A DNA stretch of 64,000 nt from an uncultured delta proteobacterium (lineage in GTDB: Bacteria; Desulfobacterota; Syntrophobacteria; Syntrophobacterales; Syntrophobacteraceae), in the NCBI GenBank assembly GCA_963808625.1, contig CAWEHK010000041.1, forward strand, positions 32,001-96,000. Direction: 5' to 3'. How positions within the stretch are numbered: position 1 is the first letter of the stretch; each line of letters opens with the position of its first letter. Under the pieces are notes generated by a model. That model searched no databases and had not been told where the DNA came from. It was given only the letters and a program-made list of their open reading frames with translations. This document shows, one piece after another, positions 32,922-43,836 of this stretch. The position numbers were made by a program, and so were the translations under genes.

Positions 32922-35249
32922 TCACAGGCGTTCCCATCGGGTTCCCGTCGTGGTGTCAAACACCCTGAGTCTGCGCTTTGATAATTCTTCCCTGAGGCGG
33001 TCGGCTTCCGCCCATTGTTTTGCCTTCCTCGCATCCTCGCGCCTTTGGATGAGAGTCGCTTCCTCAGGGGTGCAGAGGCTGGAGCTCCATATCGAAAACA
33101 CCCATAAGAGCATTCAACTTCTTAAAAACATCCAGAATGTGCTGTCGCTGAGCCTCGCTAAAGTCTCCCCGATCGAGGATCGGGTTTGTCTGGCGAACAA
33201 ATTTGAAGAGCGCGGCCAGGGCCGGAGGCATATTCAGATCATCGGCCATGGCATCAAGGAAGCTCTGTTCGAGAGCGTAAGTCATCTCCGGGATGACCCG
33301 GTTCTCCTGTTCATTGCTTCGGGCATGGTGGACGCGGCTGATGAATTCCTTCAGGCGTTCGTAGCCGCGTTTGGCATTGAGTATGTTCTCGGAGGTGATA
33401 TGGATGGGTTTCCGGTAGTGGGTGTTCAGCAGCCAGTAACGGATCTCCATGGCACTGATACCCGGCGGCAAGGAATTCTCTGACGGAGAGGTTCTCATCG
33501 AGATGGCCTTCGTTCCTTCTCCTGCTGTGAAGACCAGATCCGTTCGCAGAGCATCCAAACATTGGCAAAGGGCTTCCCGGTTATCGCCTCGCCGATCTCG
33601 CGCAGATTTTCCAGGTGGGGGAAGAGGAAGTCCACGCTGCTGACGTGAATGTCGATGGGCGATCCCAGGTCGTGAATGGCAACCGAGGCGGCAGCGATGT
33701 GCCACGTGGGGAGGACGTTTCCCCAGTCCGTTTTCAAAAAGACCCCCTGTTTGAGCTCGGCTAACGTGGATCGCTTGAGCAGAGTAAAATCCCGTGGATT
33801 GAGCTTTTCATAGGCCTCCAGATCCACGGTCTTGCCGAGATGGATTTTCTTGGGGTCGACCCGGGAAAGGACCCCATAGTTGCTGCTCTTGGAAAGATCG
33901 AAGTAAACGGAGCGCAGCTTCTCGTAGGCGAGGCCTTTACTCATCAGAGACCTGGTGAATTGGATAATGGTATCAATATGTTCCGTGGTCCGGGGACAGG
34001 AATAGGTGCGCTGGATCCCAATCTGATCGAGGTCGCTGAAGAAATGCTCCAGTTGCTGCTGGGCATAGGCAGCGTGTTCCATGCCCGCCGTTCGTGATTC
34101 CTGGATGGCGCTGCTGTCGAGATCGGGCGCCAGGATTACCTCGTTTACGGAAAAGTTCTTCACCCTGAGGAAACGGGTGAGAAGATCGGCCAGCAGAAAG
34201 CGACGCAATTCCTGCAATGAAAGAAGCTTGTCCAGGGGAGGGCCGGTCACGAAAATCCGGACTTTGCCCTCCTGGGCCGGTTTGAAGTCGATCTTTTCCC
34301 GCCGCAGCAGATCATAAAAGCGAAAGTCCGGCTCAAGCAGGGTGGTGAAGAGGTTGGTGCTGAGATAACGATCGCCGCCGTCGGGGAGAATGGCTACGAT
34401 GATCCCCTCTTCACGTTCCATCGCCAGCTTCACGGCAGCGGCCATGGCCGCCCCTGAGCTCATCCCGGCAAAGATCCCTTCTTCTCTCGCCAGACGCCGG
34501 GCCATCTCGAACGCTTCGTCGTCCTTCACGTTGATGATGCCGTCCAGGGCATGGCGGTCAAAGATGCCGGGGACGTAAGATTCCTTCATGTTTTTTAGAC
34601 CCTGGATCTTGTGTGCCGGGTAAGGTTCGACACCGAACACCTGGATCGCCGGGTCCCGCTCCTTCATCGCCTCGAGGATGCCCATGGCGGTGCCCGTGGT
34701 GCCAAGCGTGACGACCACGGCGTTGACTTTGCCTTCCGTTTGCTCGTAGATCTCCGGACCGGTCTTCTCGTGATGAGCGGCGGGGTTCGCCGGACTGTTG
34801 AACTGGTCGGGCATGAAATAAAGTTCCGGGTTTTCGCGCACCAGGTTGTAGACTTCTTCGATGGCGCCGTCCGTACCCTTGCTGCCCGGGGTCAGCAATA
34901 ATTCCGCACCGAAAGCCTTGAGGATTTTCTGCCGTTCCAGGCTCGCGGTTTCAGGCATTGCCAGGACGATTCGGTATCCCTTCACCGCCGCAACCATCGC
35001 CAGGCCGATGCCGGTATTGCCACTGGTGGCCTCAATGATGACCTTATTGGGCGTGAGCAATGCCTCTCGTTCCGCTGTCTCGATGAGGGACAGGGCCGGC
35101 CGGTCTTTGACGGACCCGCCGGGGTTCTTCGCTTCCCATTTGACGTAAAGGGTGACTCGCGGATTGGGATTCATGCGATTGATACGAATCAGCGGGGTAT
35201 TGCCGATGGCTTCCAAAACATTGGAGAAGACGTTTTTCATGGTGACCAC
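32922..35249 (-). CDS. Cysteine synthase (CysK/CysM) fused to a degenerate cysteinyl-tRNA synthetase-like module (frameshifts near 33530, 33460 and 33070)
   Basis: N-terminal NPGGSVKDR (PLP Lys), EATSGNTG, GTTGT; C-terminal CysRS-like blocks PRTTEHI, VYFD, RDFTL, WHI, FPH.EN, HYRKP, DDLN and ADRLREEL; fusion junction lies inside one uninterrupted ORF. Confidence 0.85.
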
Positions 35250-35391
35250 ATTTCCTGCTCAGAATTGCACCTCGTCAACCAACCTCAACCAGCATCCACT
35301 TTATAGGCAGTCCCACGGTTCGGTGTCAAAGCCTTTCCTCGTTCATGACATTTTGTAGTAGAATAAATGGGCTGGCTGCATGCGGTGGGTA

Positions 35392-35527
35392 GGGGGCGTC
35401 CAAAAATAAAAGGCCTTCTTTTACCACGAAGAACACGAAGGACACGAAGTGATTTCTTCGTGCTCTTTGTGTTCTTCGTGGTTCGAAAAAGGGCTGGAAT
35501 GAGTGCAAGTTGTTTTTCGACAGTCTC
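35392..35527. mobile_element. Degenerate MITE-like element carrying an ACCACGAAG palindrome
   Basis: Ends GGGGGCGTCCAAAAAT / GTTTTTCGACAGTCTC-TTA resemble the TIRs at 2501/2622; internal ACCACGAAGAACACGAAG...CTTTGTGTTCTTCGTGGT. Confidence 0.55.
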
Positions 35528-35645
35528 TTAGCGTTGAAGAGTTTGCGCTTCTTGGGCTCAGGCGTATTCTCAGCTTTCACTGAGTCTCTACGGTGGAGTC
35601 AAGATCGGAGGGTATCAAGGCCCGGGGGCATAGCCATTTCATATT

Positions 35646-36212
35646 ATGGAGGACGTGTTGGAATTCCGTTTCTGTCCTTACTGTGGAAGGCCTTTGACAC
35701 ACCGTGCGGGCAAAGAACAGGCCCGTCTTCACTGTGAAACGTGCGGGGAAACGTTCTATCGGAACCCAACGGTTGGGGTGGCGGTGGTGATTGTGGAGGA
35801 GGGGAGGGTGCTTTTGGTCCGCCGCCTCGGTGTCTATGAAGGAATGTGGTGCATCCCCTGCGGCCATGTGGAATGGAACGAAGAGGTCCGCGCGGCGGCG
35901 CACCGCGAGTTCCGCGAGGAGACGGGATTGGAGGTTGCGGTTGGGCCGGTTTTTGCGGTCTATTCGAATTTTCATGATGAACATCGGCAGACGGTGGGTG
36001 TCTGGTTCTGGGGAAAGATCAGAGGAGGCGAACTGCGGCCAGGTTCCGACGCGAGTGAAGCCAGGTTCTTCAACATTCATGCTCTTCCGGAGGCCATGGC
36101 GTTCCCGACCGACCGACTGGTCTGCGAGAAATTGGAGCAGGGCATGAGAACCGGGGGCCTCTCCAGTTGGCTGGCTTCCCACCCGGATCGTGAATGGAAG
36201 TCCAGGGCATGA
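35646..36212 (+). CDS. NUDIX hydrolase with an N-terminal zinc ribbon
   Basis: FCPYCG...CETCG, YRNP, Nudix box GHVEWNE...REFREETG. Confidence 0.92.
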   Translation: MEDVLEFRFCPYCGRPLTHRAGKEQARLHCETCGETFYRNPTVGVAVVIVEEGRVLLVRRLGVYEGMWCIPCGHVEWNEEVRAAAHREFREETGLEVAVGPVFAVYSNFHDEHRQTVGVWFWGKIRGGELRPGSDASEARFFNIHALPEAMAFPTDRLVCEKLEQGMRTGGLSSWLASHPDREWKSRA

Positions 36213-36305
36213 CTTTTGCGATTGACCCATCCGGAAATCTTTGCTAAAGGTTTCACGAATTCCAGGAACTGCCGGTAACTGTCATTTTTAACGAGGAGTT
36301 GTGTT

Positions 36306-36515
36306 ATGTCACCATTCGGCGAATTCTTGTGTGTAGAGCTCAAACGCAGTGTCGCCAGCGCGTTGCCTCAGGACATTCCGTGGTACGATCCCAGCCACGC
36401 GGTTTTCTTCGGAGCGCTTTACGGCGCTCTGGGCGTGATCGGGCTGGGCCTCTTGGCCGCGGTTTTGATCACGTTCAAACGGCTGAAACAGGGGGACGAA
36501 GGGGGCCACCACTAG
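36306..36515 (+). CDS. Small hypothetical membrane protein
   Basis: GAGGAG RBS, one long hydrophobic helix. Confidence 0.65.
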   Translation: MSPFGEFLCVELKRSVASALPQDIPWYDPSHAVFFGALYGALGVIGLGLLAAVLITFKRLKQGDEGGHH

Positions 36516-36635
36516 TCCAGCCGGGCGGAAGTTTCTGGTCAGTTCGGCCACCATTCAACCGGATTGTGTAGGGGCGACCAGCCGGTCGCCCCTACCAGCC
36601 GGAACCAATTAGTGATTTCCGCCCACGCGTACTAG
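36511..36635. mobile_element. CTAG-flanked MITE-like element carrying a GTAG-type REP
   Basis: ACTAG on both sides, GGGCGGAA/TTCCGCCC inverted repeats, internal GTAGGGGCGACC-AGCC-GGTCGCCCCTAC (36568-36595). Confidence 0.6.
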
Positions 36636-36868
36636 CCGTCTCGTCACCTGCACCATCTCCCTTCAGGGGAGGAACATCTTCATCTTTCCAGCATATTGGA
36701 CATCTGGTACTGGGCGCTCGATCCAGGGTGAGGCTCCCCAGCTTATGGTGAGCCGGGAGCGCCGGGTACCAGGGCGCCCCTTCCGCTCATCCTTTGACAG
36801 CAATTCCACACCGGTTTATGCCCTCATGTAAGGGCGGACCGCCACCCTCTGTGGCGAGGAGACACCAA

Positions 36869-38233
36869 GTGGACGCGAACACTTTTCGAGAGTATGACAT
36901 CCGCGGTATTGTGAACGAAGAAATCCTGGACGAGGATGTTTTGGTCCTGGGTAAAGCTTTCGGCACCTACATGGCTCGGCAACAAAAGAAGTATGTGGTA
37001 ATAGGGAGGGACTGCCGGCCCAGTTCAGACCGTTATCGGGACCTGCTGCTCGAGGGGATGCTGACGACCGGCCTCGATGTCGTTGATGTTGGCATGTGCC
37101 CGACGCCCGTCTTCTATTTTGCCCTGCGGCATCTGAACCGGGAGGGAGGGATGATGATTACCGCAAGCCACAATCCTCCCGAGTATAACGGCTTTAAAAT
37201 CTGCAACGGTTTCGATACAATCTCCGGAAGCGAAATCCAGAAATTTCGCACCCTCATGGAACGAGGTTCATTTGAGTCGGGGGTTGGTCAGGTCGCACCT
37301 TATGACATCGTGACTCCCTACATCGACTTTATTGTCGGCAATATCAGCCTGAAGCGCCGCTTGCGAGTCGGCGTTGATGCCGGCAATGCGACCGCCGGGC
37401 CGGTGATTTTGCCCATTCTTCAGAGACTGGGCTGCGAGGTGTTCCCGCTTTACTGTGAGGTGGATGGCACCTTTCCCAATCACGAACCGGACCCGACGGT
37501 GCTCGAAAATCTGAGAGACTTGAGCGCGCTGGTCAAGAGGGAAAATCTGGACGTGGGCGTCGCCTACGATGGGGACAGCGACCGGCTGGGAGTGGTCGAC
37601 CATCGTGGAGAGCCCGTTTTCGGCGACAAGTTGATGATTATCTTCGCTCGCGAAATCCTTTCGCGACGCCCCGGGGTGACTTTCATTTCGGAGGTGAAGT
37701 GTTCGCAAACCCTTTATGATGACATAAGAAAACATGGCGGGAAGGCGATCATGTGGCGCACGGGCCACTCCCTGATGAAAGCGAAGTTGAAAGAAGAGGA
37801 TGCAGCGCTTGCCGGAGAGATGAGCGGTCACATGTTCTTCAAAGATCGTTTTCCTGGCTTTGACGACGGGCTGTATGCTTCCTGCCGGCTGTTTGAAATC
37901 CTTGCCAGTACCGGAAAGACCATACCCGAACTGCTCGAGGGAGTACCCGCCACGTATACCACGCCTGAGATCAGGGTACCGTGCCCCGACGCGATCAAGT
38001 TTGACGTGGTGGAGAGAGCGAAATTGCTGTTTCGATCCAGGAACTTGGATATCATCGAAGTCGACGGCGCGCGGATCGTTTTTGAAGATGGCTGGGGGCT
38101 GGTGCGCGCCTCCAACACGCAGCCCGTCCTGGTGCTGCGCTATGAAGCCGGCACTCCCGAGCGCCTGAACGAGATCCGTGATTTGGTGGAAGGAACCATC
38201 GAAGAGGCAAAAGGAGAGGTCGCAGCAAGATAA
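36869..38233 (+). CDS. Phosphomannomutase/phosphoglucomutase
   Basis: FREYDIRG, TASHNP, DGDSDR, GEMSGH, RASNTQP; GAGGAG RBS before GTG 36869. Confidence 0.95.
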   Translation: MDANTFREYDIRGIVNEEILDEDVLVLGKAFGTYMARQQKKYVVIGRDCRPSSDRYRDLLLEGMLTTGLDVVDVGMCPTPVFYFALRHLNREGGMMITASHNPPEYNGFKICNGFDTISGSEIQKFRTLMERGSFESGVGQVAPYDIVTPYIDFIVGNISLKRRLRVGVDAGNATAGPVILPILQRLGCEVFPLYCEVDGTFPNHEPDPTVLENLRDLSALVKRENLDVGVAYDGDSDRLGVVDHRGEPVFGDKLMIIFAREILSRRPGVTFISEVKCSQTLYDDIRKHGGKAIMWRTGHSLMKAKLKEEDAALAGEMSGHMFFKDRFPGFDDGLYASCRLFEILASTGKTIPELLEGVPATYTTPEIRVPCPDAIKFDVVERAKLLFRSRNLDIIEVDGARIVFEDGWGLVRASNTQPVLVLRYEAGTPERLNEIRDLVEGTIEEAKGEVAAR

Positions 38234-38263
38234 TTTGACCGTGTAGGAATTTGCATTCTTTTT

Positions 38264-38296
38264 TGACCACGAAGGACACGAAGAGCACGAAGAAGA
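38264..38296. repeat. Half copy of the ACCACGAAG.ACACGAAG repeat
   Basis: ACCACGAAGGACACGAAGAGCACGAAG matches the left arm at about 35423. Confidence 0.6.
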
Positions 38297-38313
38297 TCAT
38301 ATCGGGAATACCA

Positions 38314-39307
38314 TTGAGAAATCGCAATCAGAAGATCGGCTGTGTCGTCACCGGCGCGGCGGGTTTTGTGGGCAGCCATCTTGCCGAACGACTTCTGTCA
38401 GAAGGCTATCATGTTGTTGGGGTGGACAACTTCTTTTCCGGCCGCCGGGAAAACCTGACTTCATTATTGGCACATCCTGATTTTTCGTTTCATGAGCGCT
38501 CCGTCACCGAGGCCGGCCTGCTGAGGGACCTTAAAGCTCAATACCCCGAACTTGAGAGCTGTTTCCATCTGGCCGCCATTGTCAGCGTGCCCTACTCGGT
38601 GAATCATCCCGAAGTCACCATGGAAGTGAATTGTCAGGCCACCATGAACCTGCTGCGTGAAGCAGAGCAACTGGACTTCAGGAGTTTTGTCTTTGCCGGG
38701 TCTTCGGCGGAGTATGGAGATGAGCAACGATTGCCGCTCAAGGAAGAATATGCCACAGCAGGCACGAGGCATCTGAGCGCTTATGGTCGTTCAAAATATC
38801 TGGCTTCGCGGGAAGTTGCCGCGAGCCGCTGTGGTGTTGCGTTGCGCTGTTTCAACATTTACGGACCGAGACAGGACCCGACAAGTCCTTACAGTGGCGT
38901 GATCTCCCGGTTTGTCACCCTGGCCCTGCGGCAGCAGCCCCTCACCATTTTCGGAGATGGCCTCCAGACCCGTGATTTCATCTACGTGTCGGATGTGGTG
39001 GAAGCTTATCTCTTTGCAGCGAACGTGTGCAGCGAATCACTAAAGGCAGAGAAGGACGTATACAATATCGGGACGGGCCAAAGCACGACCATTGTGGAAC
39101 TGGCCAAAGCCATAAATACCTTGGTTGGAGAATCATGCAGAGGTGGCCTTTTGCCCGGAGCGACCCGGAGATATTCGTTTTTCTGTGGCGTCCGTGGAGG
39201 CCTTTGGCAAGGCCGCCGGGTGGGCGCCCCGGGTATCACTCCGCGAGGGGCTGGGGAAAACCATCGCGTGGGCCGGAGGGTCTCGAAAAGTGGTGCTGCA
39301 GCCATAG
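38314..39307 (+). CDS. NAD-dependent epimerase/dehydratase (start uncertain; frameshift near 39135)
   Basis: TGAAGFVG, HLAA, YGRSK, NIYGPRQ, GDGLQTRDF; RPGDI in an alternate frame. Confidence 0.9.
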
Positions 39308-39317
39308 CCGGCTGTTG

Positions 39318-40097
39318 TCACCACGTCTTCCGAATCTTAACACCTTGTTCCTGAAGGAACTCCTTGATCGTCCTGATCGAATAAGTGCCGTAGTGAACCA
39401 TCGAGGCGATCAAAGCCGCATCGGCGCGCCCTTCCGACAGCACGTCGAAGAGGTGTTGCGGCTCCCCGGCGCCGCCGGAGGCAATGACCGGGATGCGCAC
39501 CTGCGATGAAATCAGCCGGGTGAGAATGAGCTCATAACCGTTTTGCGTGCCGTCCGCATCAATGGAGTTGAGGCAGATTTCGCCGGCCCCGAGCCGTTCC
39601 GCTTCCTGTGCCCACCAGAGGGCATCGATCCCCATGGCAGTGCGCCCACCGTTGATAACCACCTCATATCCCGAAGGGATCTTCACTGATGACGGGACCT
39701 GCTTCACATCCATGCCGAGCACGATACATTGACTTCCAAATGCTCTCGCTCCCTGCCGGATAATTTCCGGATTGAGCACCGCCGCCGAATTGACGCTCAC
39801 TTTTTCGGCACCCGCAAGCAGGACATCCCGCATGTCTTCAAGGGTGCGAATGCCGCCACCAACGGAAAATGGGATGAAAATGGTTGCGGCGACCCTTCTC
39901 ACGACATCCAGCATGATGGGGCGCCGGTCGCTCGATGCCGTGATGTCGTAGAAGACGATTTCATCGGCGCCTTCCTCGTAATAGTAGCGGCCCATCTCAA
40001 CCGGATCGCCAATGTCAATATTATCTCTAAACTTGATCCCCTTGGTGGTCCGTCCATCCCGGACGTCCAGACAGGGGATGATCCGTTTACTCAGCAT
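39318..40097 (-). CDS. hisF: Imidazole glycerol phosphate synthase cyclase subunit
   Basis: [28 protein letters not shown]. Confidence 0.97.
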   Translation of the reverse strand: MLSKRIIPCLDVRDGRTTKGIKFRDNIDIGDPVEMGRYYYEEGADEIVFYDITASSDRRPIMLDVVRRVAATIFIPFSVGGGIRTLEDMRDVLLAGAEKVSVNSAAVLNPEIIRQGARAFGSQCIVLGMDVKQVPSSVKIPSGYEVVINGGRTAMGIDALWWAQEAERLGAGEICLNSIDADGTQNGYELILTRLISSQVRIPVIASGGAGEPQHLFDVLSEGRADAALIASMVHYGTYSIRTIKEFLQEQGVKIRKTW

Positions 40098-40128
40098 GCG
40101 ATATCCTTCACTTTTTCAGAATTCTAGA

Positions 40129-40205
40129 TTTCACCGCAGAGACGCAAGAGCGCAGAGAGGATCGGCGGGACGAATCTCTGCGATCTCTGCGTCTCTGCGG
40201 TGGAA
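40129..40205. repeat. Palindromic element (CACCGCAGAGACGCA type) between hisH and hisF
   Basis: CACCGCAGAGACGCAAGAGCGCAGAG ... CTCTGCGATCTCTGCGTCTCTGCGGTG. Confidence 0.75.
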
Positions 40206-40234
40206 ACACAGAACTATAACCCTCACGGATGCTT

Positions 40235-40869
40235 TCAGTCATCAAGCCCATTCCATTGGCAAAAATTGCGCAGGATCTGCAGTCCCGGGGCCCGCTCTTT
40301 TCCGGATGAAACTGGACGGCCACCAGATTGCGACGCGCCACAGCCGAACTGAAAGTGATTCCGTATTGGGTGATTCCCACGGCACACGCCAAATCACTGG
40401 CTTCGGGATAATAGCTATGGACAAAATAGAACTCGCTCCCTCGCGGTAACTCCCGGAACACCGGATGTTCCCGGGTGAAGACCACCTCGTTCCAGCCCAT
40501 GTGAGGAATTTTCAGAGGGTCGCCATTTTCATCGCGGAGTTCTTCCGGAAACAGCCGCACTTTTCCCGGCAGGATGCCGAGACATTGCGTATCGTTTTCT
40601 TCACTGTAGTCAAAAAGCACCTGTAACCCCACGCAAATGCCCAAAACCGGCACTCCGGCTTCCAGCCGCTCGCGAAGCAGCGAGTCCAGACCCAGCTCTC
40701 GCAGGTCCTGCATGGACTTTCCGGCCGCGCCAACGCCCGGAAAAATGATCCGTTCCGCAGCCCTGATCCGTTCTGCAGAATGGGTGATTTCGCAGGCAAA
40801 CCCGAGAAAGCGCAAAGCCCTTTCCACGCTCGTCAGATTGCCGGCCCGATAATCCAAAATGGCGATCAC
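40235..40869 (-). CDS. hisH: Imidazole glycerol phosphate synthase glutaminase subunit (frameshift near 40290)
   Basis: DYRAGNL, PGVG, GICVGLQ, PHMGWN, YFVHSY, QFHPEKS. Confidence 0.95.
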
Positions 40870-40998
40870 ATGTAACTCCTCTCGACAGCTGGTTGCGATT
40901 ACGCTCGAATGAGCGTCCTAAATATGCAATATCATTTCTCCAGGTCAAGGAAATAAAGGGCGGGCATGCTTTCGCTCATAACGCTGGTGATAAATCTT

Positions 40999-41027
40999 TT
41001 GACATGACTTCATCCGGTGTGCAAGAT
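40999..41027 (+). promoter_or_regulatory. Putative sigma-70 promoter upstream of the glnD-like gene
   Basis: TTGACA-N17-CAAGAT. Confidence 0.45.
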
Positions 41028-41176
41028 GCGCCTTAGAGCCGATGCAGGGCCTTGCGTGCGCTCGGCGGAGGAAGGAAGCTCTTTTCGCCTGGAGCTATGG
41101 TGGCTTGCCCGTGAGCGCAGCCCTGTAACGGATGTTGATTCACTCAATGCGCCTGAATGAAGGTGAGGAAAACGTC

Positions 41177-43836
41177 ATGCAAAATATTTCTGAATCCCTG
41201 AAAAGACAGCGCGAACAGGTCCTGACCGACAGCAGCGAAGAGATGCTGAGTCGTCACACCAGCCTTCTCGAAATCGCGGTCATTTCTCTCTACAACCGCA
41301 TGGTCAACCGCCTGAACCTGGATGCGGAGCAGTTCCGCTCGAGCGGCGCGGTCTTGGCTGCCGGCGCTCTGGGGCGCGGCTTGCTCGGCCCCAATCAGGC
41401 CGTCCCTCTGCTCTTGCTGAGGGCGGAGTCCTCTCCCTGGAAAGAGGAGTGGATGGACGAGATTGTTCCCCTTTGGTAGAAGCGGGTTGGATTGTTGACG
41501 TTGCAGCAAGGCGCCATCGATTCGCTGCTCGATCGAGCCATAAGGATTTCGGCTTCTTCCTCGATCTTTTGGAGACCCGGTACATCTCCGGAAACCGCCA
41601 GTTGGCGGAGCAACTGGAAAAGGCCCTCGAAACCTTCGTTGAGAGACGCCAGAACGACCTTCTGAGCGCTCTTTTCGAGTCGGTGCAAGCGCGCCAGGCG
41701 CGTCTCGAAGATCCGAAAAGCTGGATGGAACCGGACCTTGATCACAATCCCGGAGGGCTTTCGGAAATCACGGCGATCCGCGCTGCCTGCCGCATTGCCT
41801 CGAACGTCCGCAATCTTGAGGATGCCATTTTTGGTGGATATCTGACACGACAGGAAGTGGACCTGCTGCAACAGGCTGAAAAAACCTTTGCCCGCCTTTT
41901 GAACCTGGTTCGCACCATGAACGGTGCTTCCGCAAGCACTCTTGGCTTCAACGAACAGGAAATTCTTGCGGATAAACTGGGTTATCAGGCGCGTTCCGGA
42001 TTTTTGCCGGTGGAAACCTTCATGCAGCACATTAACCAATTGTTTCACGGGGTGTTATGTGTTTCGCAGGAGTTCTGGGAGCGTTTGCTGGAGAGCCGTG
42101 AAGATGACCGGGGAGGGGAGGACAAGGCCTCGCAGGCTGGTGGAGACCGGAGTCATGGTGCGCGCGGGGAGAATCCACATCCAGACCGATCGCTATTCCC
42201 CCACAGCCGGCCAAATTGTCCACCTGTTTGCCCTGGCGGCAAGGCATGGGATGGGCCTGGCCAATGTCACCAGGCAGTGGATCCGGCATCATCGTAATGC
42301 CCTGGATACGGCTGCCGGCGAACAAACCGTGCGGGAAGAACTTTTCGCCCTGCTTCGAGCGGATGCGGCTGGACCTGCACTTTGTGCGCAAGTTTTACAA
42401 CCAGGGACTCATGCTCTCGCTCGTCCCCGAGCTGTCTGCCATCCATGGTCTGGTTCAGCACGACGCTTTCCACCTCTATCCGGTGCAGGAACATCATTTT
42501 CGAACGCTTGCCGAATTAAAAAAGATCTTCCGCGGGGACTACGCCCAGGCGGAACCGGAGCTGACGCAAATGGCGCAGGATGTTGAAGATCCGACCATGC
42601 TTTATCTGGCCGGACTGGTGCACGATATGGGCAAGAGCTCGGGGCGGGGGCATGCCGCTCACGGAGGAGCGATGATTCCCGCTGTTGCCCGACGCCTGGG
42701 GTTGAATGCCGAGGAATCCGAGTTTACTCCAGTTCCTGGTGGCTCAGCACCTGCTGCTCATGGACAACGCCTCGATGAGGGATCTGGGCGATGACGAGAT
42801 GGTGGCCAACTGTGCCTCCGCTGATCGGGACACCCGAGCGACTGGACCTCCTCGCCCTGTTGAGCCTTGCCGACATGGTTGCCACCGGCCCCAAGGGCTA
42901 TCAGAAGTGGCGGGATACCCCGGTGATTGCACTCTCCAGGCGCATCCGCCATCTTCTGGAAAAGGGAGAACCCAGCCGCAGGCCATCACCGAGCGCATTG
43001 CTCATATCAGAACCCAGGTTGCCAGAGAAGTCGCGGATGTAATGGAACCGGCGGAACTGGAAGACTATTTCGCCAACCTTGCTCCCCGATATCTGCTTTC
43101 CATGCTGCCCGGCACGATCGCCAGGCACCTGCGCATGGAGCGGCAGTTGCGCCAGTCCGGGGAGCCTTTGGCATGGAGGTGGCTAAGCGAAGGCACGGCC
43201 GAGATTACCCTTTTGAGCCAGGAGACGAGCGGCCTGGTATCCCGTTCTGCCGGCATCCTTACCCTTCACGACATGGACATTCGAGGCGCTCAGGTCTTCG
43301 CCATGAACAGCGGCGTACTTATCCTGATCTTTCAGTGTCGCTATGCGGAAACACGTGCCGGGGAACCGGATTGGGATGCCGTGAGGGCGACCTGAAGCGA
43401 TTGCTGGAGGGGAAGATAGGCGTTAGCTACCGGATTGCGGTCCATGCTGCCAGCCGCAGGTACGGTCAGCCGGCTCCTGCGAAGGACGCCCAGTCAGGTC
43501 CTGATTGATAACGAGTCGAACGCCCGGTACACCATCCTCGAAGTGTACACTCTCGACCGCGTGGGCTTGCTCTATACCATCACACGCACCCTCTTTGAAC
43601 TGCAGGTCCGGATATTTGTTGCCAAGATCACGACGAAAGTGGACCAGGTGGCCGACGTCTTCTATGTCCGAACCAGCCAGGGAGAAAAGATCACGGACCC
43701 GGAGCGCATAGAGGAAATACGGAATGCTCTGCGGTTCTGGCTGGATGGGCCGGACGAGCGAACCGGAGGAAGAGGAGAATTGACATGGAAGGCGTCTTAC
43801 TGGAGCGGGATGGACCGCTTGCGTGCCTGGTTTTGA
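41177..43836 (+). CDS. glnD: GlnD-like protein (degenerate NTase domain, HD domain, two ACT domains); at least five frameshifts, true stop uncertain
   Basis: G.LGRG, ETRYISG, LADKLGY, QHDAFHLY, HDMGK, TILEVYTLDRVGLL, DVFYV. Confidence 0.8.
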
